Part shown: in pieces, positions 17,852 to 30,159 of the stretch
Numbering within the stretch: position 1 is the stretch's first letter
Layout: the number at the start of each line of letters is the position of its first letter
Origin: an uncultured Bacteroidales bacterium
Lineage (GTDB): Bacteria; Bacteroidota; Bacteroidia; Bacteroidales; TTA-H9
Length of the DNA: 64,000 nucleotides
Reading direction: 5' to 3'
Assembly: GCA_964552325.1 (NCBI GenBank)
Contig: CAZKHA010000002.1
Span: 16,758 to 80,757 of the forward strand
Program-made: the position numbers and the translations under genes
Notes under the pieces: model-generated
Database searches by the model: none
Seen by the model: only the letters and a program-made list of their open reading frames with translations
Told to the model about the DNA's origin: nothing

Positions 17852-20800
17852 ATGTCTTCAGTTAAATACAACGTTTATAACCATTTGAATTTGCCCGAGT
17901 TAAGTTCGGGAATCAACCAGTTTTGGGAACAAAACCAGGTATTTGAAAAAAGTATGGCCGAGCGTAGCAACCATCCTCCCTACATATTCTATGAAGGTCC
18001 TCCCTCGGCAAATGGAATCCCGGGAATACACCATGTGATGGCCCGCGCCATTAAGGATATTTTTTGCCGTTACAAGAGTTTAAAGGGTTTTTATGTTGCC
18101 CGAAAGGCTGGCTGGGATACCCATGGTTTACCTGTTGAAATTGGCGTTGAGAAAAAACTTGGCATAACCAAAGAAGACATCGGTCAATCGATTTCAGTTC
18201 AAGAGTATAATGCCGAATGCCGCAAAGAAGTAATGAAGTACAAGGATTTGTGGGATGAACTGACCGTTAAAATGGGCTATTGGGTTGATCTTTCTGATCC
18301 GTATATCACCTTCGAAAACAAGTATATTGAATCGATTTGGTATTTATTATCAAAACTTTACGAAAAAGGTTTATTGTACAAGGGCTATATGATTCAGCCC
18401 TTCTCCCCTGCCGCAGGTACGGGCTTAAGCACCCATGAACTTAATCAGCCAGGTTGTTACCGGATGATAAAAGACAACTCCTTGGTGGCTCAGTTTAAGG
18501 TGGTTGAAAATGAGAAATCAGCCTTTCTATTTCACGATAAAAGCGAAGAACTATTTATACTAGCCTGGACTACTACACCTTGGACCCTACCAAGCAATAC
18601 AGGCTTAGCCGTTGGAAAAAACATAACCTATGTAAAAGTCAAGACTTACAATCCATATACGTTTTTGCCCATCACGGTTATTTTGGCTAAAGATGCCTTA
18701 GGAAGATACTTTGACCAAGCAAACAGCAATTTAGCTTATGAAGAATATGAACCCGGAAGCAAAAAAATCCCCTTTGTTGTTTTAGGCGAATATCTAGGTT
18801 CTCAACTTGCCGAGGTTCAATTCGAACAATTATTGCCGTATGCTCAACCTATTGATGGTAATCCATTTAGAGTGGTAATTGGCGACTTTGTTACAACCGA
18901 AGATGGAACCGGCATCGTACACATAGCTCCAAGTTTTGGTGCTGATGACTTTAAAGTAGGCAGAATTTATGGATTAGGTTCTCTTACCTTGGTTGACAGG
19001 CAGGGCCGGTTTACACCTGAAATGGGCGAGTTTGCTGGCCGTTTTGTAAAACCTGAATTTGAGCCAAATTACGACCCCAAAAACCCGAACAACGTTGATG
19101 TTGATATAATTGTAAAACTTAAAAAAGAGAATCGGGCTTTCCGCTCCGAGAAATATGAGCATTCGTACCCTCATTGTTGGCGTACCGATAAGCCCATTTT
19201 GTACTATCCGCTTGATTCTTGGTTTATAAAGACAACGGCCTTTAAAGATCGGCTAATCGAACTCAATAAAACAATTCATTGGAAGCCAGAAGCCACCGGC
19301 ACTGGAAGGTTTGGCAATTGGCTCGAAAATCTTGTTGATTGGAATCTTTCACGTTCCCGTTTTTGGGGGACACCACTGCCCATCTGGCGAACCGAAGATG
19401 GCACCGAGGAAATTTGTATTGGTTCTGTTGAACAGCTTTATAATGAGCTAAATAAATCTGTTGAAACTGGATTTATGGCGAGCAATCCGTTGGCCAATTT
19501 CAAACCAGGCGACTTTAGTTCAAAAAACTACGAACAATTCGACCTTCATCGCCCAATTGTTGATGACATAATCTTGGTTTCGCCAAGCGGCAAAAAAATG
19601 GTACGTGAAACCGACCTTATTGACGTATGGTTCGATTCTGGTGCAATGCCGTATGCACAGTTTCACTTCCCTTTCGAAAAAACCGATAAACTTGCTGAAT
19701 TTTTCCCAGCCGATTTTATTGCGGAAGGCGTTGACCAAACACGTGGGTGGTTTTATACACTCCATGCCATAGCTACCTTGGTATTTGATTCAGTATCCTT
19801 TAAAACTGTGGTTGCCAATGGTTTGGTTTTAGATAAAGACGGCAATAAAATGTCGAAAAGGCTAGGCAATGCCGTTGATCCATTCGAAACCATTGCCAAA
19901 TATGGCCCCGATGCCACACGTTGGTATATGATTACCAATTCACAACCTTGGGATAACCTAAAATTTGACATTAATGGTATTGCAGAAGTACAACGTAAGT
20001 TTTTCGGGACGCTCTATAATACCTATTCATTCTTTGCACTTTATGCAAATATTGATGGGTTTAACTATAAAGAAGCCGATATTCCCATAGCGCAAAGGCC
20101 CGAAATTGATCGTTGGATACTTTCGGAACTCAACACACTCATAAAACAGGTTGATGAAAGTTATGCAGATTATGAGCCCACAAAAGCTGGCAGATTAATT
20201 GCCTGGTTTGTAGATGAATACCTAAGTAACTGGTACGTACGTCTGTGTCGTAGGCGTTTCTGGAAAGGTGAATATACCGAGGATAAAATTTCGGCCTATC
20301 AAACCTTGTACCGCTGCCTCGAAGTAATTGCACAACTGGCTTCACCCATCGCACCCTTCTACAGTGAACGCCTTTTCTTAGACTTGAACTCGGTTACAGG
20401 CCGCTTTTCGAAGATTTCTGTTCATATGACCGATTTCCCCATTGCTGACGACACTTGCATTGATAAAGCCTTGGAAGAGCGGATGGAGCTTGCGCAAAAA
20501 ATCACTTCGATGGTGCTAGCCCTACGCAAAAAAATGAACTTGCGCGTAAGGCAGCCCTTGAACAAAATCATTATACCCACAGCCAATCAAACGCTTATAG
20601 AGCAAATAAACCAAGTTAGCTCGCTCATTTTAAATGAATTAAATCTAAAATCCTTAGAATTTGTATCCGAGGACAACGGTTTATTGGTTAAAAAAATAAA
20701 GGCTGACTTTAAAAAACTGGGTCCAAAGTATGGCAAACTTATGAAGAGTATAGCCAATGCAATTGGACAACTATCGCAGACCGAAATAAGGGTTTTGGAG

Positions 20801-21220
20801 GCCATCGGTAGCTTACCTATTCAAATTGAAGGACAAGAACTTATAATTGCTTCTGATGATTGTGAAATAACAACCGATGATATCCCTGGATGGGTGGTAA
20901 GCACACAGGGTTCATTAACAGTTGCTTTGGACGTAACCCTTACCGACGAGCTGATAGAAGAAGGGTATGCCCGCGACCTCGTAAACCGAATACAGAACCT
21001 ACGCAAAGATAGTAACTTTGAGGTAACTGACCGTATTAACGTACTCATTGTCAGTCATCCCAAGCTCAATTCTTGTATTCAAAACAATTATTCATACATT
21101 TGCTCAGAAACTCTGGCCAACCAAATCCAACTGCTAGAAATGGATGAAACTACCAGTGAATTCGAGGAAACTGAACTATCGGACGACATTAAAACCCGTA
21201 TCCGAATTTTAAAATCATAA
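17852..21220 (+). CDS. ileS: Isoleucine--tRNA ligase (type II)
   Basis: EGPPSANG.PGIHH, GWDTHGLP, WTTTPWT, GTGIVH, DWNLSRSRFWG, KMSKR. Confidence 0.97.
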   Translation: MSSVKYNVYNHLNLPELSSGINQFWEQNQVFEKSMAERSNHPPYIFYEGPPSANGIPGIHHVMARAIKDIFCRYKSLKGFYVARKAGWDTHGLPVEIGVEKKLGITKEDIGQSISVQEYNAECRKEVMKYKDLWDELTVKMGYWVDLSDPYITFENKYIESIWYLLSKLYEKGLLYKGYMIQPFSPAAGTGLSTHELNQPGCYRMIKDNSLVAQFKVVENEKSAFLFHDKSEELFILAWTTTPWTLPSNTGLAVGKNITYVKVKTYNPYTFLPITVILAKDALGRYFDQANSNLAYEEYEPGSKKIPFVVLGEYLGSQLAEVQFEQLLPYAQPIDGNPFRVVIGDFVTTEDGTGIVHIAPSFGADDFKVGRIYGLGSLTLVDRQGRFTPEMGEFAGRFVKPEFEPNYDPKNPNNVDVDIIVKLKKENRAFRSEKYEHSYPHCWRTDKPILYYPLDSWFIKTTAFKDRLIELNKTIHWKPEATGTGRFGNWLENLVDWNLSRSRFWGTPLPIWRTEDGTEEICIGSVEQLYNELNKSVETGFMASNPLANFKPGDFSSKNYEQFDLHRPIVDDIILVSPSGKKMVRETDLIDVWFDSGAMPYAQFHFPFEKTDKLAEFFPADFIAEGVDQTRGWFYTLHAIATLVFDSVSFKTVVANGLVLDKDGNKMSKRLGNAVDPFETIAKYGPDATRWYMITNSQPWDNLKFDINGIAEVQRKFFGTLYNTYSFFALYANIDGFNYKEADIPIAQRPEIDRWILSELNTLIKQVDESYADYEPTKAGRLIAWFVDEYLSNWYVRLCRRRFWKGEYTEDKISAYQTLYRCLEVIAQLASPIAPFYSERLFLDLNSVTGRFSKISVHMTDFPIADDTCIDKALEERMELAQKITSMVLALRKKMNLRVRQPLNKIIIPTANQTLIEQINQVSSLILNELNLKSLEFVSEDNGLLVKKIKADFKKLGPKYGKLMKSIANAIGQLSQTEIRVLEAIGSLPIQIEGQELIIASDDCEITTDDIPGWVVSTQGSLTVALDVTLTDELIEEGYARDLVNRIQNLRKDSNFEVTDRINVLIVSHPKLNSCIQNNYSYICSETLANQIQLLEMDETTSEFEETELSDDIKTRIRILKS

Positions 21221-21250
21221 CGTGAAATAACTTAAATACATACCAGCACT

Positions 21251-21655
21251 ATGGCTACGAAAGATTCGAAAACTAAGACCCGCTATTCGGATGAAGAGCT
21301 GGCAGAATTCAGACAGATTATTCTTGAAAAGCTCGGAAAAGCTAAAAACGATCTCGTACTTTTAACTGAGGCTTATACCAATACCGACGAACATGGCACC
21401 AATGATACTTCACCAACTTTTAAAGTATTAGAAGAAGGATACCAAGTACTTTCGAAAGAGGAAAACGGAAAGCTGGCTGCACGCCAGCATAAGTTTATCA
21501 CCTCGCTTGAAAACGCCTTGGTACGCATCGAGAATAAGACCTATGGTATTTGCCGTGAAACGGGGGATTTAATACCAAAAGAACGGCTAAGAATTGTGCC
21601 TCATGCCACCTTAAGCATTGACGCCAAGCTAAATCAAAATAAAAAAGGCAGCTAA
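21251..21655 (+). CDS. TraR/DksA-family transcription factor
   Basis: LENALVRIENKTYGICRETG..IPKERLRIVPHATLS; conserved ileS-DksA-lspA order. Confidence 0.85.
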   Translation: MATKDSKTKTRYSDEELAEFRQIILEKLGKAKNDLVLLTEAYTNTDEHGTNDTSPTFKVLEEGYQVLSKEENGKLAARQHKFITSLENALVRIENKTYGICRETGDLIPKERLRIVPHATLSIDAKLNQNKKGS

Positions 21656-21674
21656 TAAATTAACTTACCATTTA

Positions 21675-22322
21675 GTGAAGCCAAAAAATGCAACATGGCT
21701 GGCATTTGCCATAATTGGGTTTATAATTATTGTAGATCAGTCTGTTAAGTATTGGATAAAAACCAATATGTTCCTTGGACAGGAGTTCCATGTTTTTGGC
21801 AATTGGTTCATTATCCATTTTACAGAGAATGAAGGAATGGCCTTTGGATGGAGTTTTGGAGCGGAGTTAGGAAAACTATTCCTCTCAATATTTCGGATTC
21901 TAGCCTTGATTGCCATTGGATACTACCTTACGAAAACCATACGAAAAGAACCTAAGCTCATACAGATTATCGTGTTATCACTCATCTTTGCAGGAGCTTT
22001 GGGCAATATAATTGACAGTTGTTTTTATGGGATGATCTTTAACGAAAGCACCTATTATCAAACGGCCGTTCTCTTTCCCGAAAAAGGCGGATATGCTGGT
22101 TTTCTATATGGAAAGGTAGTGGATATGCTTTATTTTCCAATCATCCAAACAACACTACCTACTTGGTTTCCAATTGGTGGTGGTGAGGAATTTCGATTTT
22201 TTAGGCCGGTTTTCAATATAGCTGATGCCGCCATTTCTATTGGTATCATGCTTATATTGTTATTCCAAAAAAGAGTTTTTGCTCCTAATGAACAAAAGAC
22301 CGAAACCGAAGTTACTAACTAG
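21675..22322 (+). CDS. lspA: Lipoprotein signal peptidase
   Basis: DQSVK, NEGMAFG, GALGNIID, VVDM, PVFNIAD. Confidence 0.95.
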   Translation: MKPKNATWLAFAIIGFIIIVDQSVKYWIKTNMFLGQEFHVFGNWFIIHFTENEGMAFGWSFGAELGKLFLSIFRILALIAIGYYLTKTIRKEPKLIQIIVLSLIFAGALGNIIDSCFYGMIFNESTYYQTAVLFPEKGGYAGFLYGKVVDMLYFPIIQTTLPTWFPIGGGEEFRFFRPVFNIADAAISIGIMLILLFQKRVFAPNEQKTETEVTN

Positions 22323-22385
22323 CAATATACCAGTAAAAGATAACGAATTACCAAACATACATTACCAAGCGTAAGCAAAAAAAAC

Positions 22386-22393
22386 TAATTTTG
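22386..22393 (+). promoter_or_regulatory. -7 promoter element (TAATTTTG) for atpDC
   Basis: TAnnTTTG match 27 nt upstream of ATG. Confidence 0.6.
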
Positions 22394-22405
22394 CTCACCT
22401 ACTAA

Positions 22406-23926
<1,521 letters not shown>

Positions 23927-23943
23927 TTATAAAACATTATTGT

Positions 23944-24183
23944 ATGAATGTTGAAATTATAACCCCGGAAACTACCATTTTTACCGGTGCTGATATTAGC
24001 CTCGTGCAGCTTCCGGGATTAGATGGATCGTTTGAAATACTCAACAACCACGCTCCCTTGATTGCAGCCTTGCGAAAAGGAAAGGTGAAGCTACTAAATC
24101 AAGACAAAACGACCACGTTTTTTGATATTTCAGGAGGGATGGTTGAGGTTACAAAAAACAAGATTTTAATACTTGCAGAATAA
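23944..24183 (+). CDS. atpC: F1 ATP synthase subunit epsilon (short form, N-terminal domain only)
   Basis: EIITPE, LPG..GSFEILNNHAP, SGG; 79 aa; follows atpD. Confidence 0.92.
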   Translation: MNVEIITPETTIFTGADISLVQLPGLDGSFEILNNHAPLIAALRKGKVKLLNQDKTTTFFDISGGMVEVTKNKILILAE

Positions 24184-24187
24184 TAGA

Positions 24188-24210
24188 GGAGGGGATACCC
24201 TCCTTTTTTT
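24188..24210 (+). terminator. Intrinsic terminator after atpC
   Basis: GGAGGG-GATA-CCCTCC hairpin followed by T7. Confidence 0.85.
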
Positions 24211-24358
24211 GTGTTAAAAATGCCGCTTTGGTAAAAAGTTTTGATTCGGCATACAAATTTCACTAATTGTTTATAATTTTACTAAGTTGTGCCAAATGCC
24301 TTCTTTTTAGTAGGCTTTTAAGCATATTCCATACTAACATTATAAATATTAGACCATT

Positions 24359-26371
24359 ATGAAGGAGGAGAAATTCAACATTTTGATTGTTGATGATACA
24401 CCTGAGAACCTTCTTACACTCGAAAGCATTCTCGAAAGCCCAGAGTTGAATATTGTAAAGGCAACTTCTGGTAACGAAGCGCTTGCACTAACATGGGAAC
24501 ATGATTTTTCGTTGGTGCTTATGGATGTTCAAATGCCGGGTATGGATGGATTTGAAACTGCAGAAATCATGCGTTCGCGCGAAAAAACGAAATCAATCCC
24601 CCTCATATTTGTAACTGCCATAAATAAAGAACGCAGCCATATTTTTAGGGGTTATGATACAGGGGCAGTTGATTACTTGTACAAACCTCTTGATTTAGAG
24701 GTTCTTAGAATAAAAATCAAGGCTTTCCTCGAATTTTTTAAAAGCCAAGAAGCCTTAAAACGAACATCACGTCAATTGGAACAAACGGTGGTGGAGCTTG
24801 AGAAAGCCCGATTGGCAGCCGAAGAAGCCACCAAAGCCAAAAGCAACTTTTTGGCCTCTATGAGCCATGAAATTAGAACTCCCATGAATGGCATAATAGG
24901 CATGGCAGAACTGTTGATGTTGGATAAACTAACTCAAAATCAAAAAGATAAAGTACTAGCCATCAAAGAAAGCGGAGAATCGCTGCTCGATATAATTAAC
25001 GATATACTCGACATTTCGAAAATTGAAGCGGAAAAAGTCCAACTTGATCAAATACCCTTTGATATTCAGGATATTTGTTCGAAGATTTCGAAAATGCTTG
25101 CCATAAAAGCTCATCAAAAAGGTCTGGATCTGGTATTTACTATCGACCCAAAGATTCCTGAATTGATTGGTGATCCCATCCGAATCCGGCAAATTCTCAT
25201 CAACTTGATTGGTAACTCAATAAAATTTACACACTCAGGTTATATAGAACTTGCTATTGGCTTTTCCCAAAAACAAGACAGCGTTCTACTCCAGATTGCA
25301 GTTACCGATACCGGCATCGGCATACCTTCGGATAAGATAAATAGCCTATTCGAGCGCTATAACCAAGCAGATGCCTCTATAAGCCGTAAATATGGAGGAA
25401 CGGGATTGGGATTGGCTATTTGTCAAAAGCTTGTACAACTTATGAATGGAAGTATTAAAGTTGAAAGCATTATGGATGCAGGAAGTTGTTTTAGCATTCA
25501 CTTGCCACTAAAAGCTCAAAGCAACAATCCGTCATTGCCAGCGCCCCTATCTTCAACCATTTTTAATTGTACCCTAATTGGACCCGATAACCACTCAAAT
25601 AGAGCAGTGGTTGCTACCTTACAAAATGCCGGTATTAGCTGCCACCAAGTTTCTGATTGCACTTTAAAGAACCTCCAATATATTGATAACACTTGTTATT
25701 TAATTGATGTTGATAAGATTAATAAAGAAGAAATGGCTGAATTGGCGCATTGCCTCCAAAAGAACAATCAAACAGCCAAAACCTATAAAACCATTCTTAT
25801 TGGCAAAAATCCATTAAGCTACCCTGACTTGGATACTAATTGGCAAACCTATCTAGGCTTCCTTTCAAAACCATTTGTATTAAAGGAGTTTATAACCTTA
25901 TATACACAAAACCAAGCGTTCTGCAATACAGATAAGTTGACTTCTACAACAGTAGGCCTAGAAAAGAAAACAAAATGTTTACGTATTTTAGTTGCTGAAG
26001 ACCAAGTTATTAACCGTAGAATAGTTTATGAGTTGCTTACTAAACACGGTTGGGCTGTTGAAACGGCTGAAAATGGACTAATTGCCGTTGAAAAATTCAA
26101 AGACGCGGTATTCGATATCATCTTGATGGATGTGCAAATGCCGATTATGGATGGATATGAGGCTACCAAGTTAATAAGAGAATTGGAAAAAAATACAGGC
26201 AAACACATTCCAATTTTGGCTATGACAGCACATGCAATGGTGGGCGATGCTGAAAAATCGTTAGCGTGTGGCATGGATGATCATATTACAAAACCCTTTA
26301 AACCACTCGAGCTTTACCAGACGATAGAAAACGCAGTAAAACAAAAAATTGATTCGTATGAAACTTATTAG
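24359..26371 (+). CDS. Cytoplasmic hybrid histidine kinase (REC-HisKA-HATPase-degenerate REC-REC)
   Basis: [51 protein letters not shown]-terminal ILVAED/LMDVQMP. Confidence 0.93.
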   Translation: MKEEKFNILIVDDTPENLLTLESILESPELNIVKATSGNEALALTWEHDFSLVLMDVQMPGMDGFETAEIMRSREKTKSIPLIFVTAINKERSHIFRGYDTGAVDYLYKPLDLEVLRIKIKAFLEFFKSQEALKRTSRQLEQTVVELEKARLAAEEATKAKSNFLASMSHEIRTPMNGIIGMAELLMLDKLTQNQKDKVLAIKESGESLLDIINDILDISKIEAEKVQLDQIPFDIQDICSKISKMLAIKAHQKGLDLVFTIDPKIPELIGDPIRIRQILINLIGNSIKFTHSGYIELAIGFSQKQDSVLLQIAVTDTGIGIPSDKINSLFERYNQADASISRKYGGTGLGLAICQKLVQLMNGSIKVESIMDAGSCFSIHLPLKAQSNNPSLPAPLSSTIFNCTLIGPDNHSNRAVVATLQNAGISCHQVSDCTLKNLQYIDNTCYLIDVDKINKEEMAELAHCLQKNNQTAKTYKTILIGKNPLSYPDLDTNWQTYLGFLSKPFVLKEFITLYTQNQAFCNTDKLTSTTVGLEKKTKCLRILVAEDQVINRRIVYELLTKHGWAVETAENGLIAVEKFKDAVFDIILMDVQMPIMDGYEATKLIRELEKNTGKHIPILAMTAHAMVGDAEKSLACGMDDHITKPFKPLELYQTIENAVKQKIDSYETY

Positions 26372-29300
26372 AAACCTGAGAATCAGACATAAACTTTATC
26401 TAATAACAGCAATCTCCGTTGTTAACATCATCTTGGTGGGGTTTACCGCCAATTACTTCTTTAAAACCAGCGATGTAGTAGCCTATATTTTAAAGGGACA
26501 CAGATTACATAATGTAAACTTTCATGCTGGTATTAAAGACTTTTACAAATATCAGCTTACCCGCGATACAAATGACCTGCGAAGCGCCTTAGCACATTTA
26601 GAATACGCTGATAAGCTTTCCTATTTATTTGGTAACGTGAATATTTTACCCTATCAGCAAACACATGCCGAGTTTGAGAAAACCTTGTACAACTCGTTTG
26701 GAGAAGCTTTTGGATACGACTTTAATGCCGCAAAGATTACAGCAAACCGGGTAAAGCTCTTACTAAAGCTCAATAGCCCAAACTTTAACCAAAGCCTTGA
26801 AATAGCTCGCGAGGTTAACAAGCGCGGACGAGACGTGTTGAAATATATGAAACTATATATGGAAACACCTGATGATAAAGATGTTACATTAAAGCTAAAC
26901 GACGCTATAAATTCGGTCATCAGCTATGAAATAACCTTTGCCAATGGCGTTAATGGAATTAACACCTACGTAATGAAGTTGTTGCTGTTGGGCATTGTTG
27001 TAATTGTACTTTTTCTTGGAACATTAACCCTTGTAACGAGTCTTTACATTGCTGGACTTATTTCAAAACCAATACTAACCATTGTTGACAGCTTTAAAAA
27101 CCTGGCCGATGGTGATTTAAGCAACGAAATAGCCATCACCTCAAAAGATGAAATTGGTACCTTATCAAAAGCCATCAATTCAACCTTACAAATACTTAAA
27201 GACATTACCAATCAGGCTAATACTATAGCAACCGGCAATTATGACCTGAAAATAACCCCACGCTCTGAGAAAGATGTACTTGGGATTGCCCTAGGCCATA
27301 TGACCGACCAATTGCGCACTAATGCACTTACCATTAGTCAACAAAACTGGCTTAAGGAAGGATTGGCATCCTTAAATGATATGGTAAGGGGCGATAAAGA
27401 GCTCCAAAAAATTACCAAGGAGATTATCAGTTTTATAACCAAATCAATCAACGGTCATGTTGGAATATTGTATCTTATTGACCATGAGGGATTTTTAAAA
27501 ATGACCTCTACTTATGCGTATCATGATAGAAGGGGCAACTTTAGTAAGATAAAGGTTGGGGAAGGTATAATTGGCCAATGTGCCGCCGAAAAAGAAATCA
27601 TTGAATTTTTAGGGCTAAAGCAAGATGCGCCCATGTACAACAATGGGCTTATAGAAGGCATTCCAACCTACATACTTACGGCTCCCCTTATTTTTGAGGA
27701 CTCGTTAATTGGGGTTATTTTATTAGGTAAGCAAGAAGCTTTTACTTCGATACAGAAGACATTTATTACCACGGCCCTCGAAAATACGGCCATTTCGATA
27801 AACTCGACCCAAACTCGCAGCAAAATCGAGCTACTGCTCAAGCAAACGCAAGAACAAACCGAAAGGCTTCAGGTACAGCAAGAAGAATTAAGGCAAAGCA
27901 ACGAAGAACTTGAGGAGCAAACACGTGCACTTAAAGCCTCGGAAGAGGCCTTACAATCGCAACAAGAAGAACTTCGTGTTACGAATGAAGAACTAGAAGA
28001 ACGTACACGAACCCTTGAAAAAGAACGGGATACGATTACTAAAAAGAATCAGGAGCTTAGGTTAATGCAGGAAGAAGTTGAAAAGAAAGCCAGTGACCTT
28101 GAAGCGGCCAGTAAATATAAATCGGAGTTTCTGGCCAATATGAGCCATGAATTACGAACCCCACTCAATAGTATTCTGGTTTTATCGCAACTATTGGCTG
28201 ATAATAAAAATGGCAACCTGGTTGATAAGCAGATAGAATTCGCCAAAACCATCAATTCATCGGGTGCTGATTTGCTTTCGCTTATAAATGATATACTTGA
28301 CCTATCAAAAATAGAATCAGGTCGCATTGATATTCATCCAGAACGTATTGTACTTACCGAACTCGCCTCATGGACCGAAAAGGCATTTATGCATATTGCC
28401 CAAGAAAAAGGTATTGCCTTCGAAACCCATGTTGATCCAAGCCTTCCTTCTTTCTTTTTATCAGATTATAAGCGCCTAAATCAAATTCTTAAGAACCTAC
28501 TATCAAACGCTATTAAATTTACTGACAAGGGAATGGTGAAGCTTACAATAGCCAAGCCGAAACCTAGCACAACCTTCAAACGCGCCACATTAACCACCAA
28601 CGATGCCATTGCTTTTATTATTTCGGATACTGGTATTGGAATAGCACCTGAAAAACAGCAGGTTATTTTCGAAGCCTTTCAACAAGCTGATGGAACCACC
28701 AGCCGCCGATATGGAGGCACTGGGTTGGGATTAACTATTTCGAAAAGCTTTGCGCAAATTCTTGATGGCGAGATACATTTAGAAAGTAGGGTAGGGGAGG
28801 GGAGCTCGTTTACATTGTATCTTCCTTTGGCGGTTTCAGCATCTGATCTTGCCTTGGCCAACACAACCGTAGAGTCGCAAGAAGAACACAGAGCCGAAGA
28901 AAATGCAACTCAACCTAAAAGTACCCCAGCTATTGTTAGCCAGTTAATTCCTGATGACCGCGATAACCTACACCCTGGCGACCGAATTTTGTTGATTATT
29001 GAAGATGACACAAATTTTGCCTCGGTGCTTTACAACCTAGCCCTTGAAAAAGGCTTTAAATGCATTATGGCCCACGAGGGCGAAACAGGCTTGCACTACG
29101 CTGATTTCTATAAACCTAATGCAATTATACTTGACATAGGCTTACCCGGCATTGATGGGTATGAAGTGCTGCGCCGAATTAAGGAAAACCCTGAAACACG
29201 TCATATTCCGGTTCATTTCATGTCAGCTCACGAAGAATCGAACGATGCCTTGAAAATGGGGGCCATTGGCTTTCTTTCGAAGCCTGTAAGCCTCGAAAAA

Positions 29301-30152
29301 CTAACCACTGCTTTTAAACGGATCGAAGATTTTATCTCGAAAGAAGTACGACGATTATTGATTGTGGAAGATGATGCCAATATGCGTAAAAGCATCAAAG
29401 AACTTATTGGCGATAAAGATGTTAGCACCATTGCTGTGGATAATGGCGACAAGGCATATGAACTCCTTCAGCAAGAACAGTTTGATTGTATCATACTTGA
29501 TCTCGGGCTTAAAGGATCGAGTGGTTACGAGGTGCTTGAAAAAATCAGGAAAAACGAAGCCATCTCTCGCATACCAATAGTTATATACACCGGAAAAGAT
29601 TTGAGCCAAGAAGAAGAGACTATGCTCAAAAAATATGCGGATAGTATTATCATAAAAGGGGCAAAATCACCCGAACGATTATTGGCTGAGACATCAATTT
29701 TCTTGCATAGGGTAGAAGCCAGCTTGCCAAAAGACAAACAAAAACAACTTGATATGCTTCAAGATAAAGAAGATGTATTCAAGAACAAGAAAATTTTGGT
29801 AGTGGATGATGATATGCGAAATGTATTTGCCCTTTCGAGTGTACTCGAAGAAAAGGGTATGAGCATAGTGGTAGGCCGCAATGGACGCGATGGAATTGAA
29901 AAACTGGAGAAAAATACGGATACCAACCTCATTATTATGGATATTATGATGCCAGAAATGGATGGTTATGAGGCTATAAGCCTAATAAGGAAAGCCCCTA
30001 AACTCCAAAAAATCCCCATCATAGCCCTAACGGCAAAAGCCATGAAAGATGACAGGGAAAAGTGTATAGCCGCTGGTGCAAATGATTATCTTACCAAACC
30101 CGTTGACACGGCAAGGCTTCTCTCATTATTAAGGGTCTGGTTATATAAATAA
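26358..30152 (+). CDS. Membrane hybrid histidine kinase (TM-sensor-TM-2xHAMP-GAF-coiled coil-HisKA-HATPase-3xREC)
   Basis: Two TMs, SKDEIG and SEKDVLG HAMPs, [18 protein letters not shown] repeats, [15 protein letters not shown], three receiver domains; ATG at 26358. Confidence 0.93.
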   Translation: MKLIRNLRIRHKLYLITAISVVNIILVGFTANYFFKTSDVVAYILKGHRLHNVNFHAGIKDFYKYQLTRDTNDLRSALAHLEYADKLSYLFGNVNILPYQQTHAEFEKTLYNSFGEAFGYDFNAAKITANRVKLLLKLNSPNFNQSLEIAREVNKRGRDVLKYMKLYMETPDDKDVTLKLNDAINSVISYEITFANGVNGINTYVMKLLLLGIVVIVLFLGTLTLVTSLYIAGLISKPILTIVDSFKNLADGDLSNEIAITSKDEIGTLSKAINSTLQILKDITNQANTIATGNYDLKITPRSEKDVLGIALGHMTDQLRTNALTISQQNWLKEGLASLNDMVRGDKELQKITKEIISFITKSINGHVGILYLIDHEGFLKMTSTYAYHDRRGNFSKIKVGEGIIGQCAAEKEIIEFLGLKQDAPMYNNGLIEGIPTYILTAPLIFEDSLIGVILLGKQEAFTSIQKTFITTALENTAISINSTQTRSKIELLLKQTQEQTERLQVQQEELRQSNEELEEQTRALKASEEALQSQQEELRVTNEELEERTRTLEKERDTITKKNQELRLMQEEVEKKASDLEAASKYKSEFLANMSHELRTPLNSILVLSQLLADNKNGNLVDKQIEFAKTINSSGADLLSLINDILDLSKIESGRIDIHPERIVLTELASWTEKAFMHIAQEKGIAFETHVDPSLPSFFLSDYKRLNQILKNLLSNAIKFTDKGMVKLTIAKPKPSTTFKRATLTTNDAIAFIISDTGIGIAPEKQQVIFEAFQQADGTTSRRYGGTGLGLTISKSFAQILDGEIHLESRVGEGSSFTLYLPLAVSASDLALANTTVESQEEHRAEENATQPKSTPAIVSQLIPDDRDNLHPGDRILLIIEDDTNFASVLYNLALEKGFKCIMAHEGETGLHYADFYKPNAIILDIGLPGIDGYEVLRRIKENPETRHIPVHFMSAHEESNDALKMGAIGFLSKPVSLEKLTTAFKRIEDFISKEVRRLLIVEDDANMRKSIKELIGDKDVSTIAVDNGDKAYELLQQEQFDCIILDLGLKGSSGYEVLEKIRKNEAISRIPIVIYTGKDLSQEEETMLKKYADSIIIKGAKSPERLLAETSIFLHRVEASLPKDKQKQLDMLQDKEDVFKNKKILVVDDDMRNVFALSSVLEEKGMSIVVGRNGRDGIEKLEKNTDTNLIIMDIMMPEMDGYEAISLIRKAPKLQKIPIIALTAKAMKDDREKCIAAGANDYLTKPVDTARLLSLLRVWLYK
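27867..28016 (+). repeat. Two 28-aa (84-nt period) coiled-coil repeats LQxQQEELRxxNEELEExTRxL
   Basis: [22 protein letters not shown] at 27867 and [22 protein letters not shown] at 27951. Confidence 0.85.
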
Positions 30153-30159
30153 GAAAACG

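Noticed and set aside
19595-19612. Additional parS candidates (CGTGAAAC half-sites, also near 2627, 21554 and 50538)
   Set aside because: Half-sites only, explained by RET codons
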